Part shown: positions 22,743 to 35,215 of the stretch, piece after piece
How positions within the stretch are numbered: position 1 is the first letter of the stretch
Layout of the letters: each line of letters opens with the position of its first letter
NCBI GenBank assembly: GCA_030324005.1
Contig: JARDVH010000124.1
Location: 22,906,085-22,970,084, forward strand
DNA length: 64,000 nt
Direction of reading: 5' to 3'
From: Negaprion brevirostris
Lineage: Eukaryota
Notes under the pieces: model-generated
Databases searched by the model: none
Told to the model about the DNA's origin: nothing
What the model saw: only the letters and a program-made list of their open reading frames with translations
Translations under genes and position numbers: made by a program

Positions 22743-25700
22743 CTCCCTTTCCCTCTCTCTCTCTCTTTCTCACTCTTCCCCCCCGCCGCCACCCCCCACT
22801 CTCTCTCCACCACCACAAGTTTCTGCAAAAGCTGTTCCTGGCACTGAATTTTTTTTTAAACGTTTAAGTCGGAAATGACAGGAAAAAAATGAAGTTAAAA
22901 GGAAAAAATCAGGACAATAAATATGTAGTTATTCTTCTATCAGTTCCATATAACTTTTAAAATAATTACAATTGCAAGGTTTCCCAATAGAATGATCAGA
23001 TTAATTCTTGCGGAGAATATGGACCAAATTGCATGCACAACTTGGAATCCTCCTACACCATCTCCATTCCACAAGACTGCCACTATCAACAGCAGGGGTG
23101 CAATGTTGAATTCAACTCAGACATCATTCTTAAAAGACACAAGCCCGAGGGAAAGAAACCTTGCAAAACATTGAAGCCGGCATAACATTTATAGATATCA
23201 ATGTCTTTGTCTAACAGATTTTAAAATTAGCTTTATGTTTTGAAATGGAGATTTCGCAGATGTTACATACATGGGTTACAAGCCAAGAATTAATGCTGTT
23301 CAAGTAAAATATTTGTGCAAGTTATCGTGAAACAATTAATGCAGGCAGTATTAATTTGAAAAATCTCAGCTCACCAAGAATTAAATTTTCAAACAATTTT
23401 AAATTAGGATAGCAATTCTAAACACTCCATTTGGAGGTAAGGGGTCATCAACCTTTCAAAGCCATATAGTTGACAACACAGTAATACAAATACCACAGTT
23501 GTAAAGTTAAAACTCAAATGCCAGGTGGCACTTACAGATAATGGAACTATATTTTGAAAAATTAACAAAATATGTTCAGCAAAAAAAAGGATCAATATTT
23601 TAAGTTACCCATAGCTCTTAACTCTCTAACCTTTATTCACATGCTTCTGAGAGATGTCACAGAAATACAGCTCAGTATAATATGGTACAAAGCTCAGACT
23701 TAATTAGACTCACCCGAGCTTAACATCAGTTCTCATAGCAATGTCAAAATACCAAAAGAAAAATCTATTTTTTTTTCATCCTCTCAAATATGGCTCATTT
23801 TCTTACTCATGAGGATTGGGAGGTTAAATTTAGTATCTGTTTTAAAATGTCACATTCTCAATGTTAAAGACAATCAAGGTTGAAGATGCTACTGAACTGA
23901 GCAGAACTATCTACTCCAGTCCATGACTGAATGGTTGCTTTGTTAAAAGATGTGAAGCAATAGGCTGTTAAGTGCAGTGCAGCAAAAGAACGCCTTCAAA
24001 CTCCTAATGCAACAATCTATCTTGACCAAAAAAAATAAGTTATATCAATGCAATTTGCTTCCATTTCTCACACAGGTCCCCCATGTACAACAGAAGAGGC
24101 CTACATGCCTACAGGTNNNNNNNNNNATGGAATCAAAACTTCCCAAATTCAATTCAAGTTCATATTAATTATAGCTGGTACGCAGGAAGCTAGTTGGTTT
24201 TCAAGTTGGGGTTCAAAGTTTCCATTTTGGAATCCTGGGTTTTGGGGCAAAACACAAGTCAAAGGGCTTCTGTCTGGATCCAGAATGTACTAACTTGCAA
24301 GCTCAGTTACTATGCAAGAAGAAAAAAAAAATCTGCCTTATTCATGGAAGCTAGCAGAGATGCCAAGATTTGTTAGAGCTTCTACTGTCAGCACCTCCAA
24401 CTAGATTCCGAACTCAAGGCAGAATGATACATGTGCAGGATTCCAGAAGTTTGCTGTCTTTTGATTTAAAAATGAAAAGGCTGGCTTTCGTGTAATGCCT
24501 TACCGCACATCTTCAGAAATCTTATGTCAAGCACACTGAAGACTGTTACTGATGTCCAGCTTTTCTGAACACAGGGAGATCCCACAAACAAGACAAAATC
24601 ACCAGTTAACTTGCAATGTTTAAGGGAGGAATTTTGGCCAAGTCAGGGAATTGGATAAATAAGTGAAGGGGGGAAATTTGCTGTGTGAAAAAGAAGTGCA
24701 GGGAATTAGAATGAATAGGATCATTCTTTCAACAAGCAGGTCCAGCCGCAATGGGCAAAATGGCCTCTTCCTGCACTTGTCATTCTCATAAAATTCTCTT
24801 TCCCCGAAGAGCAACCAGCGAATCTTCAGTATCCAATCCAACCACTGAAATAGGCAGACAGAAGGATGTTTGCTAAACACCTCAGGTGAGGCATACTATC
24901 TGCAGCAGAGAGGAGCCCCCCATTGGCCTGCGCTGGAGTAAAGCCTGAAGAATGCGCTGCAATCCTGGAGTTGGACTGCAAGCATGACTCCAGCATGAGT
25001 ATCACCCACAGGACCACAATAATTCTAATGACTAAGGAATAAAGGAACAATTCATTCTTGAATTCCTTGTAATCACCCAGCTTTAAAAGGTGAACTTTTG
25101 TTGTAAAATAGCTATTGTTTCATTAGACTTATGATTAAAGGCACCTGAACCAGTCAACTTGTTATTGAGCTTCGGGACTGCAACTCATTTTAATTAAAAC
25201 TGACAAAACAACTCAGTTAGAATTTTGGTTGGGTATATTGACCAGCTTAATTTTTTTTTAATTGAATGTTGGGACTTTATTAATTTTGAAATTTCTTTGT
25301 AGTGCTTTTCTATAACTGGTGAATTGATGGTCATGGTTACTCAATGGTATTATGGCATATTATACTCATGCAGCCTTTACTTCCAAAAGATTTTGAAACG
25401 TTTATGGGCAACCTTAGTGCTGTGGGGCCATTCTCTCCCTTGTTGCCTCTGCCTGACAGGAAACAGGTTCAATCTCACGCTCCACAATGGTTTGACACTT
25501 ACGATCTGCTGTTACAATCCTTTAAAGAGTAGCATGGTTCTAATAAAATTTTCCACAGTAATTGTTCTAAAACTACTGCATATGATAAACTCAGTAGCCT
25601 TAGAAAACAAAATAGACGAAAATATTGAGAGAAGAACTGCACAATTAGCCAATCTAAACTAAAATAAAATAGTCTATTTGTGCAAAGCAACCTATCTATA

Positions 25701-25944
25701 TTACGCCATTCTTTGCACACACACAATCCAGAACTTCAGTGAATGATAATCATCTCATAAAAATTGAATTGCAATACAGTGGGCTAAAACTTAGCTCCTA
25801 CACGATTCCTGCTCTGCTCAAATATTCAACAGATTGAAACTTAAAACTAAGGTAAAAGTTGGAAGAAGATTTGAGAAACATACTTCATTAAAAATTAACA
25901 TGCCTTGGATGTCCCATTAGATGGGCTGTCAGAACAAGAAAAAT

Positions 25945-26255
25945 GCTTCTATATATATGCAGCATTCATCACCTTAGGATGTCCCATAGCATTTTACAGC
26001 CAATTGGGTACTTTTGAGGTGCAGTCATGGTTGTAATGACGAGAAACGAGTTAACCAATTATCACTCAGGAAGAACGGACGAAAAGCAAGGAGATAATAA
26101 GCAGATAATCTGTTCTTTATTGAAAGAAACAAATGTTGACGAGATAAGTTTCAGCCAGGACACTTCTGTCTGAAATAGTGCCATGGGATCTGTGTGTCCA
26201 CCCAGGAAGGCAAAAGAACCTAGGTTTAATATTTCACCCAAAAGAAAACACCTCT
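25945..26255 (-). mobile_element. Deu-domain SINE (SacSINE1/AmnSINE1-like), old copy
   Basis: gcattttacagccaat...cttttgaggtgcagtca...; gaaatagtgccatgggatct...tccaccca...ggtttaatatttcacccaaaaga, resembling the Deu core. Confidence 0.7.
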
Positions 26256-26611
26256 TTCCTTACATCCTTCTCCCACCAAAGCTATTTGTGCATCTCTAAA
26301 GCTGCTTTAATCTACCAGAAACTAAAAACACTTCGAACCTGGGAGAGATCATAGGATGTTTCCCAGTTGCTTTTGGCTCACTGACTAAATATATTTTCAG
26401 GAGCATCGGAATCTAGCAGTTGGCTGCTGGATTGCTGAGATCACCTTCATTGCTAAGAAATGGGTTATGACACAAGATGACAAAACTATCAATATGTGGG
26501 GATTTTTTAGAAGTTGATGGCAGGACACAAGTGGAGAATCTTGGCCAATGTCTATTGTTGCAAATCCAAATTAAGCCATTGTGACAAAAATGAGCAGGGA
26601 ATCAACAGAAT

Positions 26612-26892
26612 TCATACACTGCAGAAGGTAGCCATTCGGCTCATTGAGCCTGCATTGACAACAATTCCACCGAGGTCTATCCCTGTAACCCCATGCATAC
26701 ATAACTTGTTACTCCACCTAACACTAAGGGGCAATTTAGCATGCCTGATCAAGCTAACCCACACATCTTCATAGTGTGGGAGGAAACCAACACAGACATG
26801 GAGGGAATGTGCAAACTCCGCACAGACAGTGACCCAAGGCTGGAATGGAAACCTGGTCCCTGGCATTGTGATGCAGCAGTGCTAACCACTGT
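26612..26892 (-). mobile_element. HE1-like V-SINE, near full length
   Basis: gtgggaggaaacc...tgtgcaaactccgcacagacagtgacccaagg...gcagcagtgctaaccactgt. Confidence 0.85.
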
Positions 26893-29800
26893 GGGGCCTT
26901 GCAGCCAGGGAAACAGGGACAGTCAGCACAGAAGCTTTGCAAACAGATGCACAGACAGCGATTGGAAGGAAAGAAGCTAGTGAATGTGACTGGAACCAAT
27001 CTACATTAGCAACTGAAACAGTATCATTCACCAAGGGAATGAAGTAGCAACACACTGTTGCTTTTTCACTGGCAAACCAAAAACTGGTTTATCACAGAGA
27101 TCAGCCTCATCAAAAACCATTCTATGCTTCTACAGCAGGTCAGAGACTGGGTATTTTGCAGCAAGTGGCTCACTTCCTGACTCCTCAAAACCAAGTTATT
27201 GCCTCTTAACTACAAGAAAGAAGTGGAATGGAACATTGTCTGTTTGCCTAGGTGAGTGCAACTGCAACAGAAATCAATAAATAAGACATTATGCAGGACT
27301 AAAGCACTGCTGAATGATTTAAAAATATCATATTTCACCCCTCACCTCCAACTTCTCCTTGCATTAAGAATGGATCAGAAATGCTGCCACAGAAGTTAAA
27401 ATGTGAGAAAAATATGCGTTTTTATTTAAGAAGGACCTTAAGATAGTCTTTCCTCCACAACAGCACAGGTACCCNNNNNNNNNNTAGCTAGCAAGATTAT
27501 GCTTGCTAGGAACCAGACTAAACATTATGGCCAGCCTCTCAAATTTTGGTGGCAAAACGTGTCCACATGCAACAAACACAACTGAAATATTATAGGAATA
27601 AGGCCAGATTTAAGCACATTCAAAATGAGGTACTACAGAAGTAATAGGCTTCGCCTTGGGAATTGTCCAAATACCCAACTGAATGTGAGGTCCTGCTCTC
27701 CTTGTCCATCAGCTCATGATCACACGACACAAGACATAACCAGACATTTTAAGAGATAACACAATATGGTAAGTTGCCTCCATCTGCAGTACACTTCATG
27801 GACTAGTAAATAAATTTCCATACCAAGCCTGCATAACTAGAAATAACCAAAACATTGATGGAGACACAGGATAACACTGAGCCTGCCCAACCTTCCATTC
27901 ATCTGGAAAAAAAGAATGATTTTGAAAAATCCCTTCCCAAAGTGGAACTGAACTCCAAATACTCTTCACTGCTCCTAAAAATACCACTGGATTCCCAAGT
28001 AAACAAGTGTTTTTTTGTGATCTCCTCTCCCACCACCACCACCATCCATGGTAACTCCTGGCCTAGAATCTCTGTTGTGGAACAACTGGTCAGAACCATG
28101 TTGGCCAACAGCACAAATTTATTCAGAATTGTTTTCTATTTTCAAGCTACACAACTGATACATTTGTGCTACAACACATAGAAGAGGATTTCAGCTACCT
28201 AGTAGAGGCTACACTCTTCACAGTGCAGCCTATTTACTTCCGCCTCATGAATCAGCAGGTAATGTTAACAAGAATTGTGATGCACATATGGCAGTGTAAC
28301 AATGCCAATAACTGTTTCAAGACAGGTCAATTGACCACATCTACTGGGGAGAGCAGGAGAAGAGAGAACAGTCCAGGTGGCAAAAGAACAGGACTTGCAA
28401 CACTCATCCTACTTAAGTTGCTATCCAGGGTGGTGAAGATGTAATGCAGCTCCATTGATGGTGCACATACCACGCAGGTAAATTTACCAAACTGATGTTG
28501 ATCCGCAACTCCACAGTAGACAGGATACAACTTTGAACTAGTTCATGGTTAGGTTAAGTCAATGACCATGGGATGAAAGAGCTGGAATAATCCACACACA
28601 CAGCAGCTGAAACCACCAAAGTAGAACCACAATAAGCCAATGTCAAAATCAAACAGATAAAACTAAAGAGGAAAACGTAAATGTTAGATGTCAAAAGAAG
28701 AGTTTCAGAGTCACAACTACAAACTTATAAAAGGAAAACATCCTCAGGCTAGATTCCAATTAGAATCACAACACAAATGAAGTTAAGGTTACAACCCAGT
28801 ACACTGTTGTACAGCGCTAGCACATTCTACTTATGTAATTCAAATGAATACCTGGACTAAAACAAAAGTAAAGGGAAAAAAATAATTTGTCTGCGCTGCG
28901 TGTAACAAAGCAATGACTCATTTATATGATTTCTGCTTTGTTACACATAATACAGAAACTGTTGCCTTGCAATCGCTACTGAATAAAAATCTGCCAATCA
29001 GCGATCACAACCCCATATCTTTCACTAAATCCTAATTAAACACCTTAAGTAACTCACTGAATTCCAGTCATATTTAGGATATATTTTCTCACATGGGCTA
29101 TATTTTGCTCTTTGATTTAAAAAACTCCAACCAATTAAAATAGCAGAAGTATGTCAAAGCTGTAATTAAAGTAGCTATTTTAACAAACTGCAAATACGTG
29201 GGCAATTTTACTTCTATCTTTTTGATTAGCTGGAGGTTGGGGTATAGGGTGTAACTTCCTTCTGGAAAGGAATATGAACTTAAGATCAGCTGAGGTTGGT
29301 GCTCAACAAGGTTCAATTATTGGACTCTATCCCTCCCGTCCATTGCACAGTGAAAATCTGCACGATACATAGTTATGCAAGAATGAACCTCAGCTGTCTT
29401 GGTACTGCACACATGAATTATCAGTTCTATTGCATTGCTGACCAAAGACCTAAAAGCAGTGGTTAGTTGGTTTTACGGTATCACTTAACTTTTTACAAGC
29501 ATGATTCAATACTGAACACTGATAAGCAGACTGTGTTCCATGTTCCTCCCAAAACGGCAATTATTTCTATAAATATTGAATCAGGGCTTTGCACGCCTCC
29601 ACATTAAGGGCGGAGGCATCTAAACTTCAGCTTACATTGTGCAACTAGCTTTCAGTTTCATTAACCATTGCTTTCGGTTATTTTTGGTTTGGGCTCATCA
29701 CAGTGACGGATGACAGCACAGCACATTGCAACACAAAACTGTTCCTTTCTGACACTAGGATCTGCGAATGAATTCAGTCAGCAATTAAGAAATGAGAAGT

Positions 29801-31559
29801 TTCTAAAACTGACTATAAAGGGAAACAAATTATTTTGGAAAGTGTGACTTTTAGGGACTGAGCCCACAATACAAAACCAAACAATCTCACGCAAAGTAAA
29901 AATCTAGAAGGCTGGCTGATGCAAATAGCAGAAGGGGCATATTGCTAGTCCAGAAGGGCTCTAGGGTTGGACTAAAGAATTTTGTTGGAGCAAAGTTCAG
30001 CATGCTAATATAGTAGCTAACCTTGGAGTGCCTCAAACAAACAATGGGTGCAAAAGGTGCAAAACTTTCTCACTCCTCTTACCCACCCCAACTTGGCATG
30101 AGAGCAGTACATAAAAGGATTAAGTACAGAATAAAATTCCCAATAAAATTGAAACAGTAACAAATATCAGGGATCTATTTCAAAGCTGTAATCAGAGCTT
30201 GGTGTACCGATGAATAGTTGAATTTGTTGTCATGGCGTAGGATTTACTAAATCAAATTAATTTCTCTCCATACTCATTGAGTTTGTCTACTTTGATTGCC
30301 CTGCATTTTTGTTACCCCCTCGAGCTTACGAATACAGCCAAACTGTACTACTTAACTCCAAAGCATAAATTCAAATCAAAATATTTTGATGAACAGGAAA
30401 GAGATGGTCATTGGCATACAGCATCAAGATGAAAACTGAAGCTCCTGGTGCGGAAATACATCGCAGGGGTCTTTACGAATGCCACACTGTCAATGTTTAA
30501 CACCATACTTAAACAAAATCCTATTTATTCTGAAAGATAACAAAGAGTAATAAAGGGTGCAACTTACATCTAACATTGGGACTGATCATCTCAAGTTAAC
30601 TTATCTCGCATTCAAAGTGAAAGACCCCTCTCCCAAATAAAGTGCAAAAAACCCAGCCTCATTTTGAATTCCTTTTAAACAAACTTTACCAACTATCTAA
30701 CAACAAAAGTGAAATTTCAAAGTTACCTTGGGGATTTGTAAAGCAAAAGGTAAAGCATATTTATAACCAACATGGCAACATTTGAGGGTCTACTTGAACA
30801 CCTTGTTAAACTTTGTTGTGCTCTTTTTACATTCCCTTTGGGGGTCTGAAAAGAATCCAATTGCATCCCAGGTCACCCTGAGTCAGCTTGTACACTTCTT
30901 GCCATTTTGCTGTCTGCAAAATGAGAAGCTTCTCGAAGCACACTCAGGTCAGCAGAACACTGCAGCAGTATCGTTACTCTGNNNNNNNNNNNNNNNNNNN
31001 NNNNNNNNNNNNNNNNNNNNNNNNNNNNNNNNNNNNNNNNNNNNNNNNNNNNNNNNNNNNNNNNNNNNNNNNNNNNNNNNNACTGCAGCAGTATCTTTAC
31101 TCTGTAACTCTGAAAATTGGCATGTTGATTTCATAACATCCAATGTGTTGGTCAAAGAATTTGGGAAAAGGGTGTGTTGAAAGTTGTTGATTTCGCTAAC
31201 AAAAACAGGCCAATCCCCTCTGCAATGTGCTCCAATACCACATGCAGTTTGGATTCCAATTGATGAATACATGAAAAATGTGTAATGCCGCTTTACCAGC
31301 CACATGATACAGCATAAAAAAGTTAACTATCCTGCCCATTATGACTATCAACAATATTCAAAATAATCTTTTCTTTTAGCTTCTAAAAAGAATCAACAGA
31401 AATAGTTGCAAATTCTTTAAATTGCATTTCATGCCAATCAATTTTTAAATCATTCTTGTAGGCATCGCCTACCTGCCTTAATTTTGACAGAAGTTTAGTG
31501 GAAACTTTTGTTTGCTTGCACAAACTTTTGGCTAAAATTATGTCAATGGATTTTGTTTT

Positions 31560-31850
31560 ATTTACTAGTGTCATAAGTAGTCTTACATTAACACTGCAGT
31601 GAAGTAACTATGAAAATTCCCTAGTCGCCATATTCCGGCGCCTGTTGGAGTTCACGGACGGAGAACTTAGCATGGGCAATGCACTTAACCAGGATGTCTT
31701 TCCGACTGTGGAAGGAAACCGGAGCATCCGGAGGGAACCCACACTGATGAAGGGAGAACGTGCAGACTCTGCACAGACAGTGGCCCAAGCCAGGAATCAA
31801 ACCCAGGTCCCTGGCACTGTGAGACAGCAGTGCTAACCACTGTACTACCC
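31560..31850 (-). mobile_element. V-domain SINE with non-CR1 tail, full length
   Basis: Tail cttacattaacactgcagtgaagtaactatgaaaattccctagtcgccaca; head ccctggcactgtgagacagcagtgctaaccactgt. Confidence 0.88.
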
Positions 31851-32999
31851 CAGTGGGGGTAACATTGAAAATGTAGAAATACAGACCCGTATGCAACATG
31901 GTTGTCAGCCTTCACTCCATGTCTTTATAAATCTATGATTTACGCAGTGGTATGAACGTGGTGCAAAATCCCAATGTAATGCACACTTCCAATAGAGCAG
32001 ACAACTTAATAGGGGGCTCAACTAGTGAATGGTATCTTTCTGAAAACAGTTGGAACTTGCATTCTGACCCAGAAACCAATATAAAGATTACAACTTGACC
32101 TGAAATCAACTCATTTCCTTACATGATTCTTAATCTCCCATCACCTGTTGTAGGGTGCTAGATATCATTCAGAAGATCTGAATGATGTCCTTATAGTCTT
32201 TAGAAGATTAACTGTATGTATTTAACTACAAGAACTATATCCATATATACATTAAAGGGTTCAATCTAGGAGCCATCTACAGTTTCTTTGTGCACAGCTC
32301 TAACACCAGACTGATCCCAAGGTGAGGGAAGCATCTCTTTTTCCTTCTCTGTGGGCTATATTATACTCTGTTCCACTTTAACCCTATGTGTGCCCTTATA
32401 CTACACCACCCACCTTCATGCAGGTGAATAATTCATGCAGATGAATAGATAATTAAATAGAATGAAATGCAGATCTAGCCAGATTAAAATTGATGCCCAT
32501 CCTTGTTGCTTGGTTCTTTTTTCACACATAAGAGCTGAAATACCAGGAAATATAATACTGCTGGCACCAACAAGTTCTGTGTACCTCATAAGAGACCAGA
32601 GTTGAAGTTTTATGCATATTTCTGTTCAGAATAAGGTATGAAAATCAGAGTGGGCCCCCAGAAGCAGAAAAACATACAGTATGAAAGAGAAAGTGAGCGA
32701 GACACACACCTGCACTTATATAGCACTGTTCATAACCACAGGCATTCTAAAGCACTTTACACCCAAGTGTAGTATCGTTGGGATGTTGTAATGTAATCAC
32801 AGGGAAGGGGCTAGGAGGAACAACTTCTTAATTCTGGTCTATTTGACTTGGTTAAGCAGGCAGGCTGTTCCACAGTCAGCACAGACCCACTCCTCGAACC
32901 AGCAGCTCCTAATAATCATCAACTCTTAATAGACATCAGCACAGGGTCAAATGATGACAGAAAACACTGCAGAGATCAGGCACTACAACATCTATGCCC

Positions 33000-33185
33000 C
33001 CAAACTCTGGGTTTCCCTCCCTATAGTGCTATCTGTCCACCTCCTTTTAGGACTCTCCTCTATACCCACCTCTTCAATCAAGCATTTGGTCATCTGACCG
33101 CTATTATCTGCTTGTGCCTTGGTGTCAGATTTTGTTTTCTACTACACCCATAAAGTGCCTTGAGACATATCGTTACATTAAAGAT
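33000..33185 (+). mobile_element. L2-like LINE 3' end, old
   Basis: cccacctcttcaatcaagcatttggtcatctg...taaagtgccttgagacat...ttacattaaag. Confidence 0.6.
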
Positions 33186-34114
33186 CCTAATCTCTTATTG
33201 TAAAGCAACAATTTCGGAACATACCCAAGGGAGATACACAAGGTATTGGATAGGATAATGAAAGTGAGGCTGGAACAACAATTTCAAGTGCACCAATATG
33301 GCAGGACAATGGAATAGAGGTAGAGGGCTGTGATGGGCAATGCTGGGATAGGGATCAGGAAGAACTTCTTCACACTAATGGCAATCAACAGCTGGGAAGG
33401 ATTAGAAGGAAAAGGTAATTGAGGCCACTGCATTCTTTTAACATACTGGGAAAGGATGGAAAAAGGTCTGAAATTCTGGAAGAATGAAATCAAATGGGGA
33501 TGATACTGTTACTGGTCAAACTTATCTGTGGCACCTTTACTATAGTATGGTAATATTTTATTTCAAGTACACTATTAGATTGCCTTTTTTAAAAAAAAGT
33601 GCACACCAAATACGATTTGCTAGGCGTTGCTCAGTTCTTTCGAGAGATAAACTATCAGCTGTGTGCAGTTTATACTAGTATAAAGAAATCATTAACTCAT
33701 GGGCTACATATCTTCAACCCATAGATATCATAAGCAGGATGACACGAGACACTTTTATGGTTGTGATAGAGATTTTCAATATAAGTGGTGACCCATACCA
33801 TACAAGCAAATTGTGTTTTAAAACCAATGTTCTCTGTCAGAGGTCTAATAGGAAGAGGCGTGGCATGTTAGTGCCTTGTCTGGAGCAATATGCAGGAGTG
33901 ATCAGCAATATTACACAAACAGTAAAATGTTGGGGTTACTATATGTACCATAACTGGATTTAACAATTTGTAGCCACAAATTCTAGCCACTGAACATCTT
34001 TAATGAGCACCTGAGATGGGTCAGGGTCACTGTAGCTAGCAGTACGCAAGACAAAGAAAATTTTAAAATATCAGCTATCAAAGACGAGAGTTTCAACTCA
34101 GTAACTTTTTTTTT

Positions 34115-35215
34115 AAATTCATGACATTTGGGCATTGCTGGCAAGGCCAACATTTATTCCTAACACTAATTGCCTTTAAGCGGGTGGTGAGCTACTTGCA
34201 GTCTGTGTGAAGTTATTTCCGGAATGCTATGAAGTAGGGAGATCCAGTGACACAATAATGGAACAACAACAACATATTTTAAAGCCAGGGTACTGCAGGA
34301 CTTAGCGAGAAACTTGAAGGTGGTGGTCTTGATGCCCTCATTCTTTTAGGCAGTATAAGTTGTAGGTTTGGAAGGTGAAGTTGTCTTGGCAAGTTGCTGC
34401 AGTGCATCTTGTAAATGATGTACTCTGTTGCCACAGTGTGCCAGTATTGAAGGAAGCTGAACATTTACGGAGGTGGCTGGAACATGAAGCAAGAAGAATA
34501 TTTCATCCTGGATGGCTTTGAGCTTTTTGAATTTTATTGGAGCTGCATTCATTCAGGTAAGCAGGGGGCATTCCATTACACTGTTGACTTGTACTTTTAG
34601 ACAACGTAAAGGCTTTGGGGACTCAAGTGGGTCTCTTGCCGCAGAACTCTCTAAGCCTCTGATCTTCTTCTGTAGCTACAGAATTTGCACGGCTGGCTTC
34701 TTGACTGTAGTGATCACAGCAAACGTATGATGGGAATTCAGTGATGGTAATGCTGTTAATGGGAAGATGGTTAGATTTTCTCTTCCTGCAGATGGCCATT
34801 ATCTGGCACTTCTGCAACATAAATGTTGGTTGTCACTTATCAGTCCAAGCCTGTATGCTGTCTGTTATGGCTGCTTCATTATCAAAAGAGTTATGAATGG
34901 AAGCAAACACTATGGAATCATGGACAAATTTCCTCACTTCTGACATTATGATGGATCATTGATGAATCAGTTTATGACGCTTGAGCCTAAGACACCGCCC
35001 TGAGGAACTCATTCTACAATGTCCTGGGGCTGACATGATCAGCTTCCAACAACAAATATCTTCCTTTTGTATTTTGATACAACTCCACCCAGAAGAATTT
35101 TTCACCCTAATTCTCAAAGACTACATTTTTATTAGGGCTCTTGATGCATTGGTAAATGATAGTCACTCCCGCCTCAGGGATTTAGCTCTTTTGCCCATGT
35201 TTTGGACCAAGATTG
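34115..35215 (-). mobile_element. Decayed CR1/L2-group LINE 3' region sharing its tail with the second SINE family
   Basis: Minus-strand remnants MNAAPIKFKKLKAIQDE and HTVATEYIIYKMHCSNLPR; 3' tail ttcatgacatttgggcattgctggcaaggccaacatttatt. Confidence 0.75.

Noticed and set aside
27824-27902. Possible minus-strand cryptic or poison exon with strong acceptor ttctttttttccag and donor gtatgg
   Set aside because: The donor is weak, there is an in-frame stop and no similarity to known TCF7L2 exons; such pseudo-exons are common in long introns.
30959-31104. Near-identical sequence on both sides of a 100-N gap (actgcagcagtatc(g/t)ttactctg)
   Set aside because: Most likely an assembly artefact (unmerged haplotype overlap or collapsed repeat), not a real array.
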